DNA of 64,000 nucleotides from the IMG/VR virus record IMGVR_UViG_3300034954_001721; one strand, written 5' to 3'. The DNA is from a virus. Each line of letters begins with the position of its first letter. Position 1 is the first letter of the stretch. Positions 57,796 to 64,000 of this stretch are shown piece after piece. The notes under the pieces are model-generated. The model made no database searches, was not told where the DNA came from, and worked only from the letters and a program-made list of their open reading frames with translations. The position numbers were made by a program, and so were the translations under genes.

Positions 57796-57990
57796 ATGAC
57801 TCTTCCTCAAAACGGTAAAAAACTTAGTAAAATTGAAGAGCAAAGCATGGAAATTGCCCTAAAAGAATCGGGAATCGTAGCAATTCATCCTGAAAGAATG
57901 GAAGCACTTGCCGATTTTATGGTTGAAAAGTTAAAGAATACACACGAAAACCCACGTCCTTGGCGTACTGGTGGCGCTTTAGAAGAATAA
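57796..57990 (+). CDS. Hypothetical protein
   Basis: AIHPERMEALAD motif; AGGA RBS. Confidence 0.65.
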   Translation: MTLPQNGKKLSKIEEQSMEIALKESGIVAIHPERMEALADFMVEKLKNTHENPRPWRTGGALEE

Positions 57991-58019
57991 ATAGTAACAT
58001 CGCTTTACAAAATATGCTA

Positions 58020-58247
58020 ATGGATAGCATCGAACAACATATCGCAAAGGATAAAGAAATCCTTCACGATCCTACAGTATCTCCACAAATGCGCCGCCAT
58101 ATTGAAGGCGAATTGCACGACTTAGAAGAGTATGTGGAGCATAATAAAGAAGAAATTGAGCAGGGTGACCATCACGATCCCACTGCACTTGAACTATATT
58201 GTGACCAGAACCCATCAGAACCCGAATGTCTGGTTTATGATGACTGA
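58020..58247 (+). CDS. cp12: CP12 Calvin-cycle regulator (auxiliary metabolic gene)
   Basis: C-terminal LELYCDQNPSEPECLVYDD signature; start ATG 58020 (or 58014); ATAAATA at 57987. Confidence 0.92.
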   Translation: MDSIEQHIAKDKEILHDPTVSPQMRRHIEGELHDLEEYVEHNKEEIEQGDHHDPTALELYCDQNPSEPECLVYDD

Positions 58248-58250
58248 GTG

Positions 58251-58307
58251 TGACAGTTGAATAAGTGGCACAAGGGGGGTTTGAGACCCCCCTTTTTCAT
58301 GTATATT
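58251..58307 (+). promoter_or_regulatory. Palindromic operator + terminator hairpin + -10 box, copy 2
   Basis: TGACAGTT-GAAT-AAGTGGCA; AAGGGGGGT/ACCCCCCTT hairpin plus T-run; TATATT 31 nt after the motif. Confidence 0.7.
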
Positions 58308-58313
58308 AGATGA

Positions 58314-58400
58314 GTGGAGGGGAGACCCGACACAACAACCACGAGAGGCAAACAGTAAGAGGGAGCGACAAACTGCTCTCCGCCTCTCTTACACTTTTTT
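58314..58400 (+). ncRNA. Candidate structured leader or small RNA
   Basis: GTG-GA-GGG-GAGA-CCC-GA-CAC hairpin, then GAGAGGC/GCCTCTC stem with an alternative terminator fold and T6. Confidence 0.45.
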
Positions 58401-58407
58401 CTTAATC

Positions 58408-58836
58408 ATGGGCACCCGTTCCCGCATCGGCATCCAACTTCAGGACAACAGCGTCCTGTCAGTCTACTGCCACTATGATGGTTATCCTGAGTTCAACGGT
58501 CGCGTTCTTCGGGATCACTACAACACCGTCGAAAAGGTAAAAGAACTGATTGACGGTGGTGATATGTCCTGCACCTGGACTAATGCAGGTTGGAACAATG
58601 AAACTCTGGAAGAATCTGGTCCTCTTCACTATACTTCGCGTGGTGAGTCTCTGGAGAGTAATGCACCACGATATGATGAAAGCATCTTTGATTTCCTTGA
58701 AAAGGAGAACAATGAAGAGTATGCTTACATTTGGACAGTCAATAACAAATGGGTCTGCACAAAGATGAACCAGTTTGAAGATGATAAGCAACCTGAAAAG
58801 GTTGAGATCCCTGCTGGTTCTATGAGTGATAAGTGA
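58408..58836 (+). CDS. Conserved phage early protein
   Basis: MGTRSRIG...SVYCHYDGYP...G..L...Y...EYAY. Confidence 0.8.
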   Translation: MGTRSRIGIQLQDNSVLSVYCHYDGYPEFNGRVLRDHYNTVEKVKELIDGGDMSCTWTNAGWNNETLEESGPLHYTSRGESLESNAPRYDESIFDFLEKENNEEYAYIWTVNNKWVCTKMNQFEDDKQPEKVEIPAGSMSDK

Positions 58837-59126
58837 TGAAAATTACTACTGAAGTTGTCGAACAGTTTATCCGCGAAGAGATTGCGGAACCAACAGTAGA
58901 CCGAACAGTCTATCGCAGTTGGTATAAGTATGCCAAGGAAACTGGTAAGTTTAATCTTACTAAAGGATACGCACCAGGATTTTGCAGACTTGCCAGATTG
59001 GCGGGGATGAGTATCAATGAGGAATTTGGATTTGATGTTATCAAAATGTTTTTTCCTGGAATCTGGCGGCACAATGAAATTGTGCAGTTCAGAGAATGGG
59101 ACAAAGACTTCACATCAACCACTTGA
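58833..59126 (+). CDS. Hypothetical protein
   Basis: Coupled ORF of 96-97 aa. Confidence 0.6.
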   Translation: MMKITTEVVEQFIREEIAEPTVDRTVYRSWYKYAKETGKFNLTKGYAPGFCRLARLAGMSINEEFGFDVIKMFFPGIWRHNEIVQFREWDKDFTSTT

Positions 59127-59174
59127 CAAACTGGCACACAGGGACGCTTAGGTGTCCTTCTATGCCCCTATAAT
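59117..59174 (+). promoter_or_regulatory. Palindromic operator + hairpin + -10 box, copy 3
   Basis: AACCACTT-GACA-AACTGGCA; GGGACGC/GTGTCCT hairpin; TATAAT 32 nt after the motif. Confidence 0.7.
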
Positions 59175-59195
59175 ACGTTCATTCGCAATCAACCA

Positions 59196-59636
59196 ATGAC
59201 TGCTTCATTTGCTGACTACTGCGCCACTGCTGACGCTCGCAAACAACTTATGCACAATGTAGAAGAATGGTCTGAAATGCTCTGTATTGCTCTTGAGCAT
59301 AACTATATCGATGAAGCAATTCGTCGTCAGAAGTTCTTTGCCACTAATAATAGTGAGAAAGAGTTTCATGAGAAGCAGATTGAAAAAATTCGCAATGGTG
59401 AGAAGTATAAGTTTGAAATGGAGACTGGTCGTAAGTATCATAAAATTGTTATGATTACTGATGGTGGAAACCGTTCTGTTCACTGCTTCGTTGATAAGAA
59501 GACTGGTGAAGTTTACAAGGCAGCATCATACAAGTCTCCTGCCAAAGGTGTACGCTTTGACTTGCGAATTATTGAACAGCGTGAGTGGGTTTATGAGCAT
59601 TGTGATTGGGCAGGTGGTTATCTTTACAAGAACTGA
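59196..59636 (+). CDS. Conserved phage early protein
   Basis: GRKYHKIV...SVHCFVDKKTGEVYKAASYKSPAKGVR. Confidence 0.8.
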   Translation: MTASFADYCATADARKQLMHNVEEWSEMLCIALEHNYIDEAIRRQKFFATNNSEKEFHEKQIEKIRNGEKYKFEMETGRKYHKIVMITDGGNRSVHCFVDKKTGEVYKAASYKSPAKGVRFDLRIIEQREWVYEHCDWAGGYLYKN

Positions 59637-59643
59637 GGGTTAA

Positions 59644-60252
59644 ATGGAAGTAAAATACCATGAGGAAAGAATACCATTTGTTGTCATAGATGGATTCTAT
59701 GATAAGGATGAGCAGTCTGAAATCATGGTAGAACTTGATTATCTTTGCACTGAAAGGAGGTTAATTCCTCCTTTCAAAGATAAGTCTGGAGCAAAAGAAG
59801 AAAATAAAAATATAAAAAATGTTGGTTGTTTGTATCTTGAGGATTTTTATAGAAAGAGACAACACTCCAGTATATTAACAATATCTGATAGATTATTTTC
59901 AGATGGTTATTCTATAATTCATAATCATCCACATTGGTATTTTAATCTGGATTCAATCAACAATCATCATACGCACATTTTATATTATGAAGACACTAAT
60001 GAATATCCTGCCCATCAAGATACATGTAGATTTACTGTAGTAACTTATTTTTATAGAGAACCTAAAAAGTTTGAAGGTGGAGATTTACAATTCACAGATC
60101 ATCAGATTCAAGTTGAATGTGTGAATAATCGTATCATTGTATTTCCGTCTATGCTGAATCATCGGTCAACACCTGTTAAAATGTTGGAGAACGACACCCA
60201 AACCAAAAATGGAAAGTTCTGCATTACTCACTTCCTTGAACATACATCTTGA
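59644..60252 (+). CDS. 2OG-Fe(II) oxygenase
   Basis: AHQD, FYREPKKFEGGDL, IVFPSMLNH; paralog of 48253. Confidence 0.88.
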   Translation: MEVKYHEERIPFVVIDGFYDKDEQSEIMVELDYLCTERRLIPPFKDKSGAKEENKNIKNVGCLYLEDFYRKRQHSSILTISDRLFSDGYSIIHNHPHWYFNLDSINNHHTHILYYEDTNEYPAHQDTCRFTVVTYFYREPKKFEGGDLQFTDHQIQVECVNNRIIVFPSMLNHRSTPVKMLENDTQTKNGKFCITHFLEHTS

Positions 60253-60310
60253 CTTCTAAAGAAAAACTCTTATTTGTTTCATCATTCATTTGGTTTCTCC
60301 ACTGGGGCAC

Positions 60311-60787
60311 ATGTCTAACATTTACCATTCTGGATACGGTTATTCTAAAATCCTCTGTGAGGATGTTACCTCTTGGTTTCTGAATAACTTCCTTCCACGC
60401 CACAAAATCTCTGTTGATATTATTCACAAGGGATTGAAACGTGAGCAAGTTGTTGGTTATTGTGATGTCGTGGGTAAGACTTATCGCCCACGTCACTTTT
60501 TGATTGAACTTCAATCAGATATGGACAAGGAAACTTATACTAAGACTCTTCTGCATGAATTGGTTCACCTGAGACAGTGGGTCCGTGGTTCCCTGCATTT
60601 TAAGAGTGGAAAATTGTGTTATTCACAAAAACCTGTGGAAAATTGGGACTATGAGCATCAACCACATGAAATTGAGGCACGAGAGGAAGAAGAAAGGTTA
60701 TATGATTGGTGGATGACTGATAATTTTGGTGTGCCAGTCGAGAAAGTGTCCCATGAGTTCACCAACCGTCTGTGTCCTGCTGTATGA
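60311..60787 (+). CDS. Zincin-type metallopeptidase
   Basis: TLLHELVHLRQ (HExxH) and QPHEIEA; ATG 60311. Confidence 0.8.
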   Translation: MSNIYHSGYGYSKILCEDVTSWFLNNFLPRHKISVDIIHKGLKREQVVGYCDVVGKTYRPRHFLIELQSDMDKETYTKTLLHELVHLRQWVRGSLHFKSGKLCYSQKPVENWDYEHQPHEIEAREEEERLYDWWMTDNFGVPVEKVSHEFTNRLCPAV

Positions 60788-60788
60788 T
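60732..60788 (+). promoter_or_regulatory. Palindromic operator + -10 box, copy 4
   Basis: TGCCAGTC-GAGA-AAGTGTCC; TATGAT 31 nt after the motif. Confidence 0.65.
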
Positions 60789-60811
60789 TACGGAGTAATC
60801 AACAGAGACCA

Positions 60812-60979
60812 ATGATCACCAACAAAGCATACATGCTCAGGATCATGAAAAACTGCGAATACGCAGACACTCTCACCCGTGAAGAAAAGTTTCAAGTCTT
60901 CTGCAATGTGTGTGACAACATGCTCAAAGAAGGTAGAATGACCAAAGCAACCCACAAGCGTTTCACGGAAATCTGGTGA
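60812..60979 (+). CDS. Small early protein (55 aa, absent from ORF track)
   Basis: MITNKAYMLRIMKNCEYADTLTREEKFQVFCNVCDNMLKEGRMTKATHKRFTEIW*. Confidence 0.7.
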   Translation: MITNKAYMLRIMKNCEYADTLTREEKFQVFCNVCDNMLKEGRMTKATHKRFTEIW

Positions 60980-61572
60980 TGAAACTGTCAACCAATCAAG
61001 TCTACGCTAGGTTGAAAACTACTGACTTCAGTGGTTTTCAGAAACCTGGCAAAAATAAGGGTGAACGTGGTCAACTTCTGGAGACTGCGCTGGGTGTTGC
61101 TAACAGCAGCAATCTGACCGATCTTAGTGATGGTGAGATTAAATCTTTCACTGTTGGTGAGAGTATTGCCGTCACGATGTTGAATCATTGTCTTCCAGAT
61201 ATTATTGACAATTCGTTGGAGTTTGAAGAGAGTAAAGTTGGATTGAAACTTGCACAAACTGTTTATGTTGGTTTCAGTCGTGATAATGAGTATATGGGTG
61301 TGAAAATTGTGAATGAAGAACTTGACTCACTTCATTATCAACAACTGGCAGAAGATTACGGATATATTTCTGCACAAATTAAGAGCGCATATGTGAATGG
61401 TGGCACACTTCATACTATCAACGGACCCAATAAAGTTCTGCAAATTCGTACTAAAGCAGGAAAGGATAGGTATGGTAACTATAAACCACTGTGCTATAAT
61501 GGAGTTGAGTTGAAGGATAAGTATATGGCATTTTACTTAACACCAAGTTTCGGAAAAGAGGTTCTCAAATGA
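60979..61572 (+). CDS. MutH/Sau3AI-family endonuclease
   Basis: KNKGERGQLLETALG...TDLSDGEIKS, LQIRTK, AFYLTPSF match MutH/Sau3AI motif order. Confidence 0.75.
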   Translation: MKLSTNQVYARLKTTDFSGFQKPGKNKGERGQLLETALGVANSSNLTDLSDGEIKSFTVGESIAVTMLNHCLPDIIDNSLEFEESKVGLKLAQTVYVGFSRDNEYMGVKIVNEELDSLHYQQLAEDYGYISAQIKSAYVNGGTLHTINGPNKVLQIRTKAGKDRYGNYKPLCYNGVELKDKYMAFYLTPSFGKEVLK

Positions 61573-62081
61573 GTGTAACTGCACTTCAAGCGTTGACTGC
61601 AAACACAGGTAATCGTAAAGATACCTGGAATACACCTGTTGAATTTGTTGGTGATGTTGTTAAGTTCTTCGGCGGTTCTGTTGACCTTGACCCCTGTTCG
61701 GATGATGCAGATAATGGTAACGTACCTGCGAAGAAAGTTTATACTGAAGAAACAAATGGTTTAGCACACGAATGGATTGCTGATAGTGTTTTTATGAATC
61801 ACCCATATTCTAATAGTAAGGAATGGGTGCCATATGCTGCACAGCAGTATGAATGTGGAAATGCAAAAGAAATGGTTCTTCTCATTAAGTTGGATGTTTC
61901 TACGAAATGGTGGAACTCTGTAGCAAAATATCCGTGGATTGCTGTAAACAAAAGATTGCGTTTTGGTGCTGCTGCGAGTGCTGCACCATTTCAGTCTGCC
62001 ATCATCTACCTAGGAAAAGACAAAGAGCGATTTAAGGAGATTTTCGGCAAGTATGGGCATATGTATGTGCCAGTAGCCTAA
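61569..62081 (+). CDS. Phage N6-adenine DNA methyltransferase (phage Dam-like)
   Basis: DTWNTP, DLDPCS, NGLAHEW, VFMNHPYS (NPPY variant), RLRF. Confidence 0.85.
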   Translation: MSVTALQALTANTGNRKDTWNTPVEFVGDVVKFFGGSVDLDPCSDDADNGNVPAKKVYTEETNGLAHEWIADSVFMNHPYSNSKEWVPYAAQQYECGNAKEMVLLIKLDVSTKWWNSVAKYPWIAVNKRLRFGAAASAAPFQSAIIYLGKDKERFKEIFGKYGHMYVPVA

Positions 62082-62125
62082 CTGTCCACTACAGCGTCCC
62101 CTGGTGGGGTTTCTACGATTATACT
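62068..62125 (+). promoter_or_regulatory. Palindromic operator + hairpin + -10 box, copy 5
   Basis: TGCCAGTA-GCCT-AACTGTCC; CCCC/GGGG stem; TATACT 32 nt after the motif. Confidence 0.7.
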
Positions 62126-62147
62126 GACTTCAGTTCAAACAAAGGCA

Positions 62148-62360
62148 ATGATTCGCCGCCACGCCACTGCTGAAGACTTCCAAAACTGGGAGAACAAGGC
62201 AAAGTCAATGACCGTTGCTGAACTGATGTATGTTGCAAAGGAGTGCCGTGAGGTTGCTTCCTTGTGGCGTGGCGTGGATGGCATGGTAGAGGGATTCTAC
62301 GATGACCAGGCATCCACTTACGGAACTGTCCTCCGCCGTCGCCAACTGGCGGCAATCTGA
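62148..62360 (+). CDS. Hypothetical early protein
   Basis: ORF directly after cassette copy 5. Confidence 0.7.
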   Translation: MIRRHATAEDFQNWENKAKSMTVAELMYVAKECREVASLWRGVDGMVEGFYDDQASTYGTVLRRRQLAAI

Positions 62361-62368
62361 CCTATAGT
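62312..62368 (+). promoter_or_regulatory. Palindromic operator + hairpin + -10 box, copy 6 (inside upstream CDS)
   Basis: ATCCACTT-ACGG-AACTGTCC; GTCGCC/GGCGGC hairpin; TATAGT 31 nt after the motif. Confidence 0.65.
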
Positions 62369-62389
62369 AACTTCAGTTCAAACAAACCA

Positions 62390-62584
62390 ATGACCAACCT
62401 TTACTACGTTGCCTGTCCTGCTCTCGGTGAGAGTGAGGAGATGACCGATCTGGATCGTGCAATGGACATTTGTTACTCTATGCACGAAGAATCCGACTCT
62501 TATGCTTACATTCGTGATATTCACGGTAACATCGTCGGTGAATACGGTGATGTTATGGAAGCAGTCGATTCCTGCCTGATTTGA
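62390..62584 (+). CDS. Hypothetical early protein
   Basis: ORF after cassette copy 6; acidic. Confidence 0.7.
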   Translation: MTNLYYVACPALGESEEMTDLDRAMDICYSMHEESDSYAYIRDIHGNIVGEYGDVMEAVDSCLI

Positions 62585-62619
62585 TTCACTTTTTCTTGTA
62601 ACTTCATCCCATTCTTATC

Positions 62620-62883
62620 ATGAATTCCAAGCAACTTGACCAGTTCAAACTTAACTACGCTGAGATGATTGTTGAGGGTATGGATATGGATACGCTAATC
62701 ACATTTGCTGTTGAGAGTATTGAACAAAACATTAAGGATTGGGATGAAGATGATGTGAAGGAGGAGATTCTGGAGTATTATGGTGAAGAAACCCTGATGG
62801 ATTTGATGCCTGAGTCACCACAACCAATGACAGATATTGGTGCTCTGGAAGCAACTGCAAACGATTATGGAGTGGGCAAATGA
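62620..62883 (+). CDS. Hypothetical acidic protein
   Basis: YAEMIVEGMDMDTL motif. Confidence 0.7.
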   Translation: MNSKQLDQFKLNYAEMIVEGMDMDTLITFAVESIEQNIKDWDEDDVKEEILEYYGEETLMDLMPESPQPMTDIGALEATANDYGVGK

Positions 62884-63080
62884 AGTTTCGTGTTACTGAA
62901 ATTGACTTTGATTTTGATGATAGCATCGGTGAGTTTCCTGTAATAGAAAAACAGGAGATTATTGATGAGGTTCTGTCAACAACTTGGGATGCTGATGATA
63001 GTGAAGATCTTGTAGAAGAGATTACTGCATCTACAGGTTGGTGCGTTAATTCTATTGATTACATCCACATTCTTTCCTGA
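62880..63080 (+). CDS. Hypothetical acidic protein
   Basis: F.VTEIDFDFDD...WDADD.EDLVEEIT..TGWC. Confidence 0.7.
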   Translation: MKFRVTEIDFDFDDSIGEFPVIEKQEIIDEVLSTTWDADDSEDLVEEITASTGWCVNSIDYIHILS

Positions 63081-63081
63081 T

Positions 63082-63975
63082 ATGAAAAATCTCCACTTGC
63101 AACATCCTGAAGATTCTATTCTCACGGGTGACCTTTCTGTCCTTGATTGGTTCTCTGAACCAGCACATGTTTCTGTGAAGATGGATGGATGCCCTGCGAT
63201 TGTGTGGGGAACTGATCCTGCGACTGGTACATTCTTTGTTGGTACAAAAGCAGTATTCAACAAGAGAAAGATTCGTATTGCACACTCTCATGAAGAGATT
63301 GACGTGCATTATGAAGGTGAAGTAAGGGATATTCTGCACGATTGTTTTGATTGTTTGCCACGCACTGATAAGATCATTCAAGGTGATTTTATTGGTTATG
63401 GTGGAGATGACACATATAAACCTAACACAATCAAGTATGTGTTCCCAGAGATTGTGCGTGAAAGTATTATTATGGTTCCGCACACTTTGTATGAAGCAAA
63501 CGATGATTTGCGTGATAGTTGGTCATTGCCACTGGTTGAACAGTTGAAGTCAACTAAGGATGTATTGTTCGTACAACCTGATGCGTGGTGTGAAGATGAT
63601 TCGTTTGAAGATATTATCAACTTTGCAAGGCAAATGTCACAAATGTGTGAGTTTGTAAGTGATAGTAAAGCACGACAGATTGAGAAGGTCATTAACACTT
63701 TCGTAAAAATCGGTGCCGAACTGGACGCGGAGGCACTTGCCATCGCTGCCGACTGTGACGTGAACTTGATGCGTTTTTGGAAACTTGTATGGACGATTAA
63801 GATGGACAAATTGTCACTTTGTGCCAATGATGGTCCTTTTGCTTATCTTGGTAAGAAGTATATTGTTGCTGAAGGTTATGTTTTGTCTAATGAATATGGT
63901 TCTTACAAATTAGTGAACCGTCAGCAGTTCTCACAATATAATTTTAAGCATGGACGGTTTGCAAACCGTCCCTGA
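63082..63975 (+). CDS. DUF6267-like protein (KxDG nucleotidyltransferase/ligase-like motif)
   Basis: MKNLHLQHPED, SVKMDGCPAIVWG, QGDF, EGYV, KLVNRQQFS. Confidence 0.7.
   Translation: MKNLHLQHPEDSILTGDLSVLDWFSEPAHVSVKMDGCPAIVWGTDPATGTFFVGTKAVFNKRKIRIAHSHEEIDVHYEGEVRDILHDCFDCLPRTDKIIQGDFIGYGGDDTYKPNTIKYVFPEIVRESIIMVPHTLYEANDDLRDSWSLPLVEQLKSTKDVLFVQPDAWCEDDSFEDIINFARQMSQMCEFVSDSKARQIEKVINTFVKIGAELDAEALAIAADCDVNLMRFWKLVWTIKMDKLSLCANDGPFAYLGKKYIVAEGYVLSNEYGSYKLVNRQQFSQYNFKHGRFANRP
63952..63971. promoter_or_regulatory. Palindromic operator, copy 7 (perfect 20-bp palindrome)
   Basis: GGACGGTTTGCAAACCGTCC; the expected -10 box would lie just beyond the window end. Confidence 0.65.
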
Positions 63976-64000
63976 CGACCACTGGGGCAGCATTGCCTGC

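Noticed and set aside
58343-58375. c-di-GMP-I riboswitch (GGCAAAC...CAAA)
   Set aside because: Only a short resemblance; the GNRA-capped stem and second hairpin do not follow in the required order

Overview
The window is 64 kb of a T4-like marine cyanomyovirus genome (Kyanoviridae-type, probably infecting Synechococcus or Prochlorococcus). All calls come from motif recognition and T4-like gene order; no searches were run. Layout: (1) 1-5.2 kb core replication and late-transcription genes (end of thyX, phoH, exonuclease, g33, g59, g32), then an HNH-type endonuclease inserted into the 5' end of a Mom-like DNA-modification gene. (2) 5.2-17.8 kb baseplate and tail module (g53, g48, g2, g4, g54-like, g26, g51, tape-measure-like proteins, hub, g5). 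(3) 17.8-47.7 kb very large modular tail-fibre and adhesin region, interrupted by an early-promoter unit with a Phd-like ORF and three tRNAs. (4) 47.7-64 kb accessory and early region with 2OG-Fe(II) oxygenases, an SF2 helicase plus nuclease, glutaredoxin, cp12, a MutH/Sau3AI-like endonuclease plus adenine methylase, and many small ORFs. Most notable observations: an apparent plug-and-socket branched fibre system, in which half-domains on a 2205-aa fibre are matched by N-terminal peptides on seven downstream proteins; a 20-bp palindromic operator in seven copies, six of them 30-32 nt upstream of a -10 box and most with an intervening hairpin; a candidate -1 frameshift fusing gp26 to gp51; a homing-endonuclease insertion that duplicated and recoded the Mom-like gene start; a phage-borne restriction-modification-like pair; and a structured RNA leader with two alternative folds.
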